From a virus: a DNA stretch of 64,000 nucleotides. Of this stretch, positions 9,915-19,521 are shown in pieces. Numbering within the stretch: the stretch's first letter is position 1; each line of letters starts with the position of its first letter. Location of the stretch: positions 5,317 through 69,316 of the IMG/VR virus record IMGVR_UViG_3300050821_005524, one strand, 5' to 3'. Position numbers and translations under genes: made by a program. The notes below the pieces were generated by a model. That model did no database searches and was not told the origin of the DNA. It worked only from the letters and a program-made list of their open reading frames with translations.

Positions 9915-10621
9915 CGATTGCATTGTACAACGTCCATCACCTGCCACCCGAGCGCCCGCTGGGGGGTATTATCAAGCAGGTGCAGGTCGGGCCCAGGAGC
10001 GCATTAGAGCCCCAGTTCGAGTCGCTGTCTTCGCGCTTTGCCTCCATGCGCGCCTATTACGACGCCTGGATGTCGCTTGAAGACCCCGACATGATCGGGT
10101 TTCAGGGGTACAGGAAACACATCAATTTCAAGTCCTTGTGGCCGCCTGCTTGGAGCGAAGTCAGCAAGCAGGACTTTTACCAGTACCAGGACTGGCTAGC
10201 GCAATGGGACGGCAAGCTCATCGAGGATCTGCTGCAGCAGTACGAGATGATTATAACTCCCGCGTTTGATCTGCAGAGCGCCGGTGGCATGGCGGACGAC
10301 TTCTGCCGGTCGCGCTCCTGCCTTGACTGGGCGGCTTTCATGCGGGTTATGGACGACCATGGGCCGTGGGAGTGGGACCAGCCAAACGTAGTAAGCCATT
10401 GGTTTATGACGACTTCCGCCGTCTTCCATCGCTTCATGCATTTCTGGTGGTCGGTGTTCTCGGATCTTGAGATGCATATAACATCGGCCGACGCTCGCGA
10501 TGCTGCGTATCCACCCCGGGCGTTCGACTATTTGACCGAGCGGTTCTTCACCATGTGGCTGAAGCGCGAAAAGATTAAAACCATAACCCTCCCCCTCATG
10601 ATATGCTGGGATGCAAAATGA
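9911..10621 (+). CDS. DUF4422 (GT111-like) putative glycosyltransferase
   Basis: IGFQGYRK and RAFDYLTERFFTMWL motifs. Confidence 0.65.
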   Translation: MTIALYNVHHLPPERPLGGIIKQVQVGPRSALEPQFESLSSRFASMRAYYDAWMSLEDPDMIGFQGYRKHINFKSLWPPAWSEVSKQDFYQYQDWLAQWDGKLIEDLLQQYEMIITPAFDLQSAGGMADDFCRSRSCLDWAAFMRVMDDHGPWEWDQPNVVSHWFMTTSAVFHRFMHFWWSVFSDLEMHITSADARDAAYPPRAFDYLTERFFTMWLKREKIKTITLPLMICWDAK

Positions 10622-10926
10622 CAGTGTATGTGGATGGTGCCAAGAACCCACTCGGTCGAATGGTTATGTGCCATATGTTGGCCGATACGCCGGAGGAACT
10701 GCACACCATGGCGGCTGCCATAGGGCTAAAGCCGCAGTGGTATCAGTCGCCACGTGTATCTAGTTTTCCGCATTATGACGTGGCATCCGGTAAACGATCC
10801 TTGGCGGTTGCTAGAGGGGCGAAAGAACTAAGTCGTGCGGAGTGCGGCGCGTTCATGAGGGCCATGAAGCGAAAGCTTATTGCTAGCGGTAAAACATGGG
10901 AATCAGAAGGTTGGGATGCAAAATGA
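10607..10926 (+). repeat. 15-bp direct repeats flanking the DUF4031 gene
   Basis: TGGGATGCAAAATGA at 10607-10621 and 10912-10926. Confidence 0.9.
10618..10926 (+). CDS. DUF4031 family protein
   Basis: MTVYVD...MCHMLADTPEELHTMAAAIG...HYDV. Confidence 0.8.
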   Translation: MTVYVDGAKNPLGRMVMCHMLADTPEELHTMAAAIGLKPQWYQSPRVSSFPHYDVASGKRSLAVARGAKELSRAECGAFMRAMKRKLIASGKTWESEGWDAK

Positions 10927-12152
10927 GAGTGATTACTTCCTGCGAAGTTTGCGGTAACCCTAACATTACCAATGATCCCCGCCTGCCGCATGTCCTGGAT
11001 CTCGGGTCACATCCCCTGCAGGATGACCTTGTGCCGATCGGGGACGAACGTATCTGCAAGCGGTATCACATCGGGGTGCTGTTCTGTGAGACATGTAAGA
11101 CCGCGCACCAGCGATACCAGCTGCCGCGCATGAAGTTGTTCCAGCCGGGGTATACCCACCGATCCAGCCAGACCAAGGATGTGCTCGACGGCATGGCCAA
11201 CCTCGTCGATGAATACGAGGAGTTTTATGGGCCTGTGCACGGGTTGATGGTGCTTGATGTGGGCTGTAACGACGGCAGCCTGCTGGATGAGTTTAAGAGG
11301 CGCGGGGCGATTACGTTTGGCATAGATCCTACCGATGCCGCTCAGGAGGCAGCCCGGAAAGGGCACCCTGTCATCCAGGGGTTCTTCGATTCATTTTCCG
11401 CCAACGAAATCCTCTCTCGGTTCGGAGTGCCGGATATTGTCACGTTCACCAACGTGTTCGCCCACATTGAGCACCTGCCTGCCTTGATCGTGGCGCTGAA
11501 CACGCTTACGAACCACCAAGCCAAGATCGTCATCGAGAACCACTACCTAGGAGCGGTCCTTGACAAAAACCAGTTTGACACGTTTTTTCATGAGCATATT
11601 CGTACTTATAGTTATACTTCCTTTCGTTATATTGCCGGTGCGCTTGGCATGGTCGTTGATCACACCACCTTTCCCAGCAGGTACGGTGGAAACATCCGCG
11701 TGTTCCTCAACTCACAAGTTACCCGTACCCATAACGATGGACTGGAGTACGTCAGGAAGGCAGAACGAGACTTCGGGTTCGACCTGGCAAGAATGAACTC
11801 TTTCGTCAAGCAGTGGAAGATGAATAAGCGGCAGGAGATCAGGGAGCTGACGGAGCACGATGGGTCCATCTTCGCCCCCATCCCAGCTATCGCCCTGCCG
11901 GCTCGAGCACCCCTCTTGGTCAGCATGCTCGACATTGACCGGAACCATATTTCCGCGGTGTATCAAATACCGGGGTCCAAGAAGATCGGGCACTACGTGC
12001 CGGGAACGCGGATACCGATTGTTTCCGACGAGGAGTTCCCATGGAGTTACGAGGGTCCTGTGCTTAACCTTGCCTGGCACATCCAGGACGAGATTGAGAC
12101 CAGATATCGTTCCAAGGGGTTCAAGGGTAGTTTTATCCAGGTTATCCCTTAA
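10923..12152 (+). CDS. SAM-dependent NDP-sugar C-methyltransferase
   Basis: N-terminal CEVCG...CETC Zn site, LDVGCNDGSLL, TNVFAHI, FDTFFHEH, KIGHYVPGTRIPI, LAWH; TylC3/EryBIII-type architecture. Confidence 0.85.
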   Translation: MRVITSCEVCGNPNITNDPRLPHVLDLGSHPLQDDLVPIGDERICKRYHIGVLFCETCKTAHQRYQLPRMKLFQPGYTHRSSQTKDVLDGMANLVDEYEEFYGPVHGLMVLDVGCNDGSLLDEFKRRGAITFGIDPTDAAQEAARKGHPVIQGFFDSFSANEILSRFGVPDIVTFTNVFAHIEHLPALIVALNTLTNHQAKIVIENHYLGAVLDKNQFDTFFHEHIRTYSYTSFRYIAGALGMVVDHTTFPSRYGGNIRVFLNSQVTRTHNDGLEYVRKAERDFGFDLARMNSFVKQWKMNKRQEIRELTEHDGSIFAPIPAIALPARAPLLVSMLDIDRNHISAVYQIPGSKKIGHYVPGTRIPIVSDEEFPWSYEGPVLNLAWHIQDEIETRYRSKGFKGSFIQVIP

Positions 12153-12181
12153 GCCATTATTTACTACCCGGTAGTTATATC
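12149..12181 (+). promoter_or_regulatory. Candidate late promoter (CtrA-like box plus -10)
   Basis: TTAA-N7-TTTAC-N11-TATATC; same spacing recurs at 27681. Confidence 0.4.
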
Positions 12182-12219
12182 TCCCGAGAAGGCCTCCACG
12201 CCTTTTCGGGAGATTTTTT

Positions 12220-12555
12220 ATGGCTAACAAGCAGTCTAAGGGCGGCAGTAACGTTTCCAGCGGTTCTGGCTCCAAGTCGGGCAAGAAGGACACTGGCAGC
12301 GTGGGCGACATGAACACGTCCGCCAAGGTGACCCACAACGAAACCTCGCACGACGTGACGTTCGCCAAGGGCGGCTCTACCCACATGTTCGGCGAGCAGG
12401 TTGCCGGCGAGCGTACTGGCTCCGACAAGTCGCCGTCCACTGGCAAGCCGGACAGCTCTGGGCCGGGCGCCGAGTTCGCCAAGGGCGGGTCGGGCAAGAT
12501 GTTCGGGTTCGCCGGCTCCATGCCTGCCCGGGATGGCATTACGAGCGCACGCTAA
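12220..12555 (+). CDS. Small Gly/Ser/Lys-rich head-module protein
   Basis: GGAGA RBS; repeated FAKGG motif. Confidence 0.7.
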   Translation: MANKQSKGGSNVSSGSGSKSGKKDTGSVGDMNTSAKVTHNETSHDVTFAKGGSTHMFGEQVAGERTGSDKSPSTGKPDSSGPGAEFAKGGSGKMFGFAGSMPARDGITSAR

Positions 12556-12800
12556 TGGCGGGGCGCAGTGTAGCCATCAAGGGGGGCAAGGCCCCCATGT
12601 CTGTGCCGTCACCCAGCTCCGGGATGCACAATGATTTTGTGCTTGGGTCCCGCCCAGGGGTCCTCCGTGCCCCGCCGATTTCCCGCCCCCCGAACGTAAA
12701 GCCTGGAGCGGCTAGCACACGTAACTATGGCAAACCTGACCCGACGCAGCCGTTCGGTGCGCTGGGCGGCGGCAACACCGGCATGGGGGGCCTCTCGTAA
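12555..12800 (+). CDS. Small head-module protein
   Basis: TAATG coupling on both sides. Confidence 0.6.
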   Translation: MAGRSVAIKGGKAPMSVPSPSSGMHNDFVLGSRPGVLRAPPISRPPNVKPGAASTRNYGKPDPTQPFGALGGGNTGMGGLS

Positions 12801-13030
12801 TGGCTTTCAAGAAAGACCTCACCCCTCTTTCCAAGGGCGGCTCGATCGTCAAACACAAGGGCAAGGGATCGGCCATGGCCGGCATGCCTAATCGCTCGCA
12901 GATTGCCAATCTGGGCACCGCTCCCGGCGCCTCCATGAACAACTACGCTAAGGCTACTCCCATGGCACAGCCGACACCCGACGCCGCTCCTGGCATTGGT
13001 TCTGGGGATTGGTCTGGGAACGGTATGTAG
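12800..13030 (+). CDS. Small head-module protein
   Basis: TAATG coupling; SKGGSI motif. Confidence 0.6.
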   Translation: MAFKKDLTPLSKGGSIVKHKGKGSAMAGMPNRSQIANLGTAPGASMNNYAKATPMAQPTPDAAPGIGSGDWSGNGM

Positions 13031-13266
13031 TGGCCGTCAATACCCAGACTCTTAGCGAGTGTATGGCCCGCTTCAAGAACCACGACCCCCCGCTTTACGA
13101 GAAGTTCATCCGCGCCCTCGATGCCTACGTGAGCGAAGTTACCTTGGCGGTGTTAGACGCTCCACCCGAAACCGTTATGCAAGCCCAGGGGCGGGCTCAG
13201 ACTGCCCACAAATTTTATAGGTTGTTCACGGAATTGGTCCGTGGGCCGAACGCGCCTTCACCGTAA
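13030..13266 (+). CDS. Small helical protein preceding the scaffold
   Basis: GTG overlapping the upstream TAG; MQAQGRAQ motif. Confidence 0.6.
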   Translation: MAVNTQTLSECMARFKNHDPPLYEKFIRALDAYVSEVTLAVLDAPPETVMQAQGRAQTAHKFYRLFTELVRGPNAPSP

Positions 13267-13297
13267 TCCTACGCTGAACGCGAACTAGGAGACCGCC

Positions 13298-14380
13298 ATG
13301 CCCGAAACCCAACCCCCGGTTGATGAAAACGTTATCGTCCCCGCCTCCGTGCGGCAAGCCGCTGAGGCTGCTGTAGCCGCCCACAAGGCAGCGTATGGGG
13401 GTGGGGACGCCCCCGCGGCGCAACTAGAAGGTGTGCCCCCGCCAGTTTCCGAGCCTGTGGCGCAACCAGAAAGTGTGCCCCCGCCAGTTCTTGAGCCCCA
13501 GACGATAGCGCCACAGCCTACGCACCCACCGATACCGACACTCTCTAAGCCCGACGATAGGGCCGGCGTGGACCCGTCTAGCTGGGAGGGCCGCTACTAC
13601 GCAATGGAGGGGCGCTTCCGCCAGTCCCAGATCTCCATTGGTCAGATGCAACAGCAGATGGCGGAACTCGGGGATGAGCTTGCCCGCGTAACGCAGGCCA
13701 TGAATTCCCGGGCTTCTGTGCCGGAGTATCAGGCCCCTGCGCCGCAGGCCAAGTTCGTTACGGACGACGATGTCAAAACCTACGGGCCGGAACTTCTTGA
13801 GACGATCAAGCGTGCTGCCCTCGACGCCGTCCAGCCAGAGATTCAACAGGTTGCAAACCAGAATCGCCAGGTAAGTCAACGGGTTGCACAGACAGCGCAG
13901 GCTGCAATGTACCAGCAGCTCGACGCCCAGTGCCCTGAGTGGCGCAGCATTAATACCAATCCACGATTTAAAACGTGGTGCAATTCACCAGATGTTTACT
14001 CTGGTCAGTTAAGAGGTCGATTGCTGAACGCTGCGGTTCAAGCGGCAAATGCCCCTAGGGCCATAGCGTTCTTCAAAGGCTTCCAGAACGAGGAAGTCGC
14101 CACGGGTAACGCGCCAGCGCCACAGCCCGAGCCGCAGGGGGTTCCCCCGGTGCCTCGTCAAGCTGCAGTAGCACTGGATACGCTCACTGCCCCTGGCAGG
14201 GCAAAGCCAGCGACCGGCGATACCGCCGTCACGTCTGCCGAAAAGCCATTCATCACCCGCGCTCAGATTTCGCAGTTCTACGCCGACGTTCGGCGTGGGG
14301 TCTATGCGGGCCGAGATGCGGACAAGAAAGAACTTGAACGCCGTCTCGAGGCTGCACAGCGCGAGGGACGGATCAGATAA
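13298..14380 (+). CDS. Capsid scaffolding protein
   Basis: Pro-rich N-terminus, coiled coil, ends AAQREGRIR; directly upstream of the capsid gene; AGGAG RBS. Confidence 0.75.
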   Translation: MPETQPPVDENVIVPASVRQAAEAAVAAHKAAYGGGDAPAAQLEGVPPPVSEPVAQPESVPPPVLEPQTIAPQPTHPPIPTLSKPDDRAGVDPSSWEGRYYAMEGRFRQSQISIGQMQQQMAELGDELARVTQAMNSRASVPEYQAPAPQAKFVTDDDVKTYGPELLETIKRAALDAVQPEIQQVANQNRQVSQRVAQTAQAAMYQQLDAQCPEWRSINTNPRFKTWCNSPDVYSGQLRGRLLNAAVQAANAPRAIAFFKGFQNEEVATGNAPAPQPEPQGVPPVPRQAAVALDTLTAPGRAKPATGDTAVTSAEKPFITRAQISQFYADVRRGVYAGRDADKKELERRLEAAQREGRIR

Positions 14381-14432
14381 ACCGGGGGCGGCCCACCAGC
14401 AAGGAAGTCGCTCCTAACAAGGAACGACTTCT

Positions 14433-15443
14433 ATGGGCATTCCTAGCTCAGGTTTTCCCGGCGCAACGTCGGGTTCTACCCCCGCTATCTACCCTGTTGG
14501 TAGCTCTGGCAACAGTCTCCAGTCGACGGGATTTATTCCGGAGATCTGGAGCGGCAAGCTTGTTGAGAAGTTCTACGCGAGCACCGTTCTTGCTGCGATC
14601 TCGAACACCGATTACGAGGGCGAGATCAAAAACAAGGGCGATCGCGTCAAGATTCGCACCAAGCCCACCATCACGATCCACAACTATTCGTCCGACGGTT
14701 TGCTTGGTCTCGACCGGCCGACCGGCGGCACCGTGGAACTCTACATCGGGAACGGCAAGTACTTCTCGCTGATCCTCGATGATGTGATGGAGATCCAGTC
14801 CGACCTTAACATCCTCTCGATGTGGTCTGACGACGCGGCCCAGCAGCTGAAGATCACCGTGGACCAGGACGTTCTGGACGGCATCGTGGGCCAGATGGCC
14901 GCTGCCAACCAGGGCACTGCCGCGGGTGTCATCACTGGCTCCGTCAACCTTGGTGTCAAGGGTACGCCTTTGACTGTGGTTGGCCGTAACCCGGGTGCTG
15001 GACAGGTCGAGCTTCTCGACGTGCTCCTGCGCATGGGTCAGGTCCTGGACGAACAGAACATCCCGGAGGTCGGCCGCTGGGTCGTCATGCCGGCATGGGC
15101 TGGTCGCCAGATCAAGCAGAGCGAGCTTCGCCAGGCTTACCTGTCTGGTGACAGCGTGTCGATGTTGCGGAATGGCCGGCTTGGGATGGTGGATCGTTTC
15201 ACGATCTACATTTCCAACCTCCTGCCGAACAACAGCACCGACAGCACCAACTTTGCTTCGGGTGAATGGCCGATCTTCGCTGGCCATGCACATGGCCTGA
15301 CGTTTGCCAGCCAGATCAGTAAGGTTGAGACCCTGCGCTCGGAACTGACCTTCGGTCAGATTTTACGCGGTTTACAGGTATATGGATACCAGGTCGTGGA
15401 CGGCAAGGCGCTCGTCCAAACCCAGGTAACCCCTGGCTCGTAA
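14433..15443 (+). CDS. Major capsid protein
   Basis: FIPEIWSGKLVEKFY...NTDYEGEIKNKGDRVKI...RGLQVYGYQVV; followed by a terminator. Confidence 0.9.
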   Translation: MGIPSSGFPGATSGSTPAIYPVGSSGNSLQSTGFIPEIWSGKLVEKFYASTVLAAISNTDYEGEIKNKGDRVKIRTKPTITIHNYSSDGLLGLDRPTGGTVELYIGNGKYFSLILDDVMEIQSDLNILSMWSDDAAQQLKITVDQDVLDGIVGQMAAANQGTAAGVITGSVNLGVKGTPLTVVGRNPGAGQVELLDVLLRMGQVLDEQNIPEVGRWVVMPAWAGRQIKQSELRQAYLSGDSVSMLRNGRLGMVDRFTIYISNLLPNNSTDSTNFASGEWPIFAGHAHGLTFASQISKVETLRSELTFGQILRGLQVYGYQVVDGKALVQTQVTPGS

Positions 15444-15471
15444 ACCACATCTACCTACTTGACATCTCCAG

Positions 15472-15504
15472 CCGCCGCGATTAAGTTCGCGGCGGTTCAT
15501 TTTT
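15472..15504 (+). terminator. Rho-independent terminator after the capsid gene
   Basis: CCGCCGCGA-ttaagt-TCGCGGCGG-ttcattttt. Confidence 0.75.
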
Positions 15505-15505
15505 A

Positions 15506-16000
15506 ATGGAGACTGTCATGGGAATTACTGACCCTGTAAAACGAGCCGAGTATATGCGCGAGTACCGCGCAAAGAACCATGAGCGCATACGCGAGCGTGA
15601 CCGGATTGCCGAACGGAAGTACTACGAGAACAACAAAGAAAAGATCCAAGAGAATCAAAGGGCCCACAGGGCTAAAAATATAGACCGGTACCGCGAGTAC
15701 AATGCACGGTGGCACCGCGAGAACCGGGCGAAGAACCCCAAAAAGGTGCGAGATATGCACCTGCGTAGTTCCTACGGCATTACCCTTGAGGAGTTTGGAA
15801 AGCTTCTAGTTGCCCAGAATGGGAAGTGTGGAGTGTGTGGGACAGAAACCCCAGGTGGTACCGGGTGGCACCTAGACCACTCTCACACCACAGGAGGCGT
15901 CAGAGGCATCCTCTGTACGAAATGCAATACCGGTGGGGGCCTCTTTAATGACGATCCCGACCTCCTCCGTAAAGCCGTGGAATGGTTCAGCAAACCTTAA
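15506..16000 (+). CDS. Endonuclease VII-like (HNH) free-standing endonuclease
   Basis: Basic helical N-terminus; YGITLEEF...QNGKCGVC...HLDHSH...VRGILCTKCN. Confidence 0.85.
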   Translation: METVMGITDPVKRAEYMREYRAKNHERIRERDRIAERKYYENNKEKIQENQRAHRAKNIDRYREYNARWHRENRAKNPKKVRDMHLRSSYGITLEEFGKLLVAQNGKCGVCGTETPGGTGWHLDHSHTTGGVRGILCTKCNTGGGLFNDDPDLLRKAVEWFSKP

Positions 16001-16046
16001 CTTCCTACCCCCATGTTGAAACCCAGGCAAACACTGGGCTTTCACC

Positions 16047-16451
16047 ATGGCAGCGGACGAGCTTTGTAGCGTACAGGACTACATTACGGATGTCCGTACG
16101 ATCCTTCTCGATAAGACGCCGCCGTATCGCTACGACGATGACAGCCTGGTCACGTCCCTGAACATCGCCATGCTGGAGGTCCGCCGGCTTCGCCCGGACC
16201 TCCTCGTGTGCCGGTACCATACCCGCGTGCCGCAGTTTGACACCGTCAGCGGCGAACAGGTGCCGATCGAGCCCCAGTTCCGCATGGGGGTAACATACGG
16301 CATCGCCGCCCACGCCCTTCTGCGGGATGAGGAGGACGTGCAGGATTCCCGCGCGAATACCTTCCTTGAACGTTTCCACGATATCCTGGTTGGCGTTCGT
16401 CCCTCCCCGATCCAGGGGGGTACCCCCACGCCTGAGCAGGTGAAGAAGTAA
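16047..16451 (+). CDS. Probable head-tail adaptor protein
   Basis: Position after the capsid gene; VRTILLD..PPYRYDDD..L.R.RPD pattern. Confidence 0.6.
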   Translation: MAADELCSVQDYITDVRTILLDKTPPYRYDDDSLVTSLNIAMLEVRRLRPDLLVCRYHTRVPQFDTVSGEQVPIEPQFRMGVTYGIAAHALLRDEEDVQDSRANTFLERFHDILVGVRPSPIQGGTPTPEQVKK

Positions 16452-16452
16452 C

Positions 16453-17106
16453 ATGCCTAACCTCGAGCGCCACACGTTCGACATGCTGATGAACGAGGCC
16501 CGGATCAAGCTTCCGGGGTCGTCCGATGGCGGCATTAAGCTCGAGCTGTACGCCGTTATGAAGGAGTTCATGGCGGACAGTGGTGCGTGGACGGAGGACA
16601 TACAGTTTACCGCCCTGCCGAACATCACCATGTACACGATCACCCCACAGTGCGGCGGTCAGATCATCAATCTTGTGGGCGTGTGGGACGACAAGCTGAT
16701 CCCTATCCCGGCCTTCATGCCGCAGTTCGGCGTAATCCAGCTGGTGAACCAGGCGTCCACCACGCCGAACCAGCCGCTATGGACGGCGCGAGTAACCAAG
16801 AATATTACACTGCCCACCACGCGGGATGATGTTCCCGTCGCCCCGGACTGGATACTAACGGTATACAGCGTGCACATTCTAGACGGCCTGCTGGGCAAGA
16901 TGATGGGGCAGCAGGCCAAGTCGTTTAGCAATGACAAAATGGCGGCTTACCACCTCAAGCGTTTCCGCACTGGCATTCAGATTGCTCGCACGGCGGCTGT
17001 ACGCCAGAATACCAAGGGTGCCCAGGAATGGGCGTACCCGCGAGGGTGGACAACTTCAACGCAACGTGGCGGGGTTAGCACCGCCTGGCCGACGAGGGCG
17101 TTCTAA
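16453..17106 (+). CDS. Probable tail tubular/adaptor protein
   Basis: 217 aa; position; helical ends with a beta-rich middle. Confidence 0.55.
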   Translation: MPNLERHTFDMLMNEARIKLPGSSDGGIKLELYAVMKEFMADSGAWTEDIQFTALPNITMYTITPQCGGQIINLVGVWDDKLIPIPAFMPQFGVIQLVNQASTTPNQPLWTARVTKNITLPTTRDDVPVAPDWILTVYSVHILDGLLGKMMGQQAKSFSNDKMAAYHLKRFRTGIQIARTAAVRQNTKGAQEWAYPRGWTTSTQRGGVSTAWPTRAF

Positions 17107-17507
17107 TGTACGGGTCATGCTGCGGCCATCCTCCTTCCAGTGCACACGTTAAGATCGTTACAGCGTCCAACGCCACGTTTAACGAGGCGTACCAGTTCGA
17201 CCCCCCGCAGCCGGGGGTAACCCCGCCGGTGTGGACGCTGTACAACCACTTCCGCTTGGACGTAAAGACGGCTTACGGCCAGCCAACGCCCCTGTGCTCG
17301 TTTACAACGGCTGCGGGACAGATTGTTATCGACGACCCGGTGCAGCGGGTCATTCACTTCGTTGTGCCGGAGACTTCCATCGTGCCGCCGCTGATCCCCG
17401 GAACGTTCGTCTACGACCTCATCATGTACGACGACAGCGTGCCGGCTATCCGCGTGCCACTTATGCACGGAGAGTTCATCGTCACCACTGGCGTGACGGG
17501 AGGTTAG
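17106..17507 (+). CDS. BppU-like fibre-anchoring domain protein
   Basis: FVYDLIM...[14 protein letters not shown]-terminal pattern. Confidence 0.5.
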   Translation: MYGSCCGHPPSSAHVKIVTASNATFNEAYQFDPPQPGVTPPVWTLYNHFRLDVKTAYGQPTPLCSFTTAAGQIVIDDPVQRVIHFVVPETSIVPPLIPGTFVYDLIMYDDSVPAIRVPLMHGEFIVTTGVTGG

Positions 17508-17508
17508 G

Positions 17509-18048
17509 ATGACAAGTTTTGTTCAAGGCCCGTCACCCGTCTACGCCAGACCGATTGTCGTGGTTGTAGGCCCTACGGGTCCACTTGGCAGCCCTACAGG
17601 GCCTACGGGTAACACGGGCCCTACGGGTATTACAGGTGCGGTCGGGACCGGACCTACCGGGTCTACCGGCGTAACCGGGTGCACTGGCAAACAAGGGCTT
17701 ACCGGCCCAACCGGTGTGACGGGCCCCCCCGGCGGCACACAGACAGGGTCTACAGGAACCGCTGGCCCTGCCGGTCCTACGGGGCCAACCAGTTTCACTG
17801 GCGCAACCGGTTCGTCGGGCTACGTCGAACTCGGCAACGTGGTCATCAACTGGGGTTCGGCGGCGAGTGCCACCGGAGGCGGCGCAACGGGTACGTTCGC
17901 CCTCGCTTACACCGACGCCGTTCCGCGGGTCACGTTAGGCCTTACCGGCGCCACGGGGGCATGGGTGTCTTCGTTGTCCAAGACCGGGCTGGTTATCACG
18001 TCGGCAAACGGCACCCCCACCGTGGCGTATATAGCGGCGGGGTCATAG
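17509..18048 (+). CDS. Collagen-like fibre protein with short fibre-tip domain
   Basis: GPT repeats then [13 protein letters not shown]...AYIAAGS. Confidence 0.75.
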   Translation: MTSFVQGPSPVYARPIVVVVGPTGPLGSPTGPTGNTGPTGITGAVGTGPTGSTGVTGCTGKQGLTGPTGVTGPPGGTQTGSTGTAGPAGPTGPTSFTGATGSSGYVELGNVVINWGSAASATGGGATGTFALAYTDAVPRVTLGLTGATGAWVSSLSKTGLVITSANGTPTVAYIAAGS

Positions 18049-18049
18049 C

Positions 18050-18208
18050 ATGAGCTGGGCCCCCCGCACGCCGGTAGACATAGACGTGGCGCCTGAGTTG
18101 CCCGACATGTATGCGGAGCCCATGCCTGTTGTAGTGGTGGCATACGGCGACCAGAAGATCGAGGCGCTAGGCGAGGACCAGACCATTATAGCCACAAGGG
18201 TTCCGTAA
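18050..18208 (+). CDS. Small protein (52 aa), absent from the ORF track
   Basis: MSWAPRTPV...ATRVP; TAATG-coupled to the next gene; [10 protein letters not shown] echoes YARPIVVVV of the upstream gene. Confidence 0.55.
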   Translation: MSWAPRTPVDIDVAPELPDMYAEPMPVVVVAYGDQKIEALGEDQTIIATRVP

Positions 18209-19512
18209 TGCTGCTCGCCACCATTAACCAGACTGTCGGCCAGCGCCTGCGCTTAGACGTGGACTATCGCGATTGGCTGGTATTCGGCGAAGTCCTTACG
18301 GGGGTAAGGTGTACTGTTGACGCCGGCACAGCGACAGTTGACACAATCGTTCTTTCTCCAGATAAAAAGTCGGTCAGCTTTTTCCTAGTGAACGGAACAC
18401 CGGGCGACCGGTTCAATATTATCGTGGAGGCGGATACATCGTTGACACAAATTCGCTTCGACCACATCGAAGTGTTTGTCGAGACTAACGGTGGTCCTGT
18501 TGTCACTTCCCCCAATAACACCGTTACATATCTTTCAATCTTAGGTCCTACAGGGCCGACAGGACCTACCGGGGCTACGGGTTCTACCGGTATTCCGGGA
18601 ACCGCAGTAAATACGGGTGCTACGGGGAACACCGGGCCGACCGGCCCAACGGGTGCGTCTGGGCCAACCGGCACCCCCGGCGGTGCCGCCAACACGGGGG
18701 CTACCGGGTTTACAGGGCCCACCGGTAGTACCGGGTCCACGGGGTTACAGGGAGCCGCGAGCACGGTAACAGGGCCTACCGGTAACACGGGGCCCACTGG
18801 AAGTACGGGGGCGCAAGGGGCGGCCAGCACAGTCACTGGACCCACGGGTAATACGGGTCCGACCGGAAGTACAGGGTCAACTGGTGCCCCTGGGTCTGCG
18901 TCTACCACCGGTGCGACGGGTAACACGGGCCCAACAGGGTCGACCGGTTCGCAGGGTGCGGCCAGCACGGTAACAGGCCCCACCGGGTACACCGGGCCGA
19001 CAGGGTTTACTGGAGCCATTGGGGCGGCAAGCACGATTACAGGGCCCACAGGTTACACCGGACCGACCGGAAATACGGGTCCGACCGGAATTACAGGTCC
19101 AACGGGCACCGGTGTAACATCCGATTTGATTTTTGTTATAGACGGCGGCGGCTCGGCCATAACAGTGGGAACCACTGGGCAGTCTGGGTCAGCCGGCCCG
19201 AAGGGTTATCTCCCTGTCGATTTTGCCGCCACCATAAATCAGGTCGAGCTTCTTGCTGATCAGAACGGCTCGATCGTGGTGGATATTTATAAAACCACTT
19301 ATTCCAACTTTAACCCTGGCACCCATCCCATCCAGTCGGACAGCATAACTGCTTCAGCGGTTCCAACGATATCATCATCGTATAAGGCTCAGGACAGTAC
19401 ACTGACTGGATGGACAACTGCCATATCTGCTGGCGATATTTTAGGGTATTTCGTTAAAGGCTGTACATCAATTACCCGCTGCACCGTGGGGTTGAAGGTC
19501 ACGCGCACGTAG
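18208..19512 (+). CDS. Collagen-like fibre protein: adaptor domain + GxT repeats + C-terminal globular domain
   Basis: N-terminus paralogous to 20233-20520; periodic [20 protein letters not shown] units; IDGGGSAIT...GSIVVDI C-terminal domain. Confidence 0.8.
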   Translation: MLLATINQTVGQRLRLDVDYRDWLVFGEVLTGVRCTVDAGTATVDTIVLSPDKKSVSFFLVNGTPGDRFNIIVEADTSLTQIRFDHIEVFVETNGGPVVTSPNNTVTYLSILGPTGPTGPTGATGSTGIPGTAVNTGATGNTGPTGPTGASGPTGTPGGAANTGATGFTGPTGSTGSTGLQGAASTVTGPTGNTGPTGSTGAQGAASTVTGPTGNTGPTGSTGSTGAPGSASTTGATGNTGPTGSTGSQGAASTVTGPTGYTGPTGFTGAIGAASTITGPTGYTGPTGNTGPTGITGPTGTGVTSDLIFVIDGGGSAITVGTTGQSGSAGPKGYLPVDFAATINQVELLADQNGSIVVDIYKTTYSNFNPGTHPIQSDSITASAVPTISSSYKAQDSTLTGWTTAISAGDILGYFVKGCTSITRCTVGLKVTRT

Positions 19513-19521
19513 GGGTAGTAT

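Noticed and set aside
13417-13496. 42-bp-period duplication in the scaffold gene
   Set aside because: Ordinary Pro-rich linker duplication (EGVPPPV/ESVPPPV)
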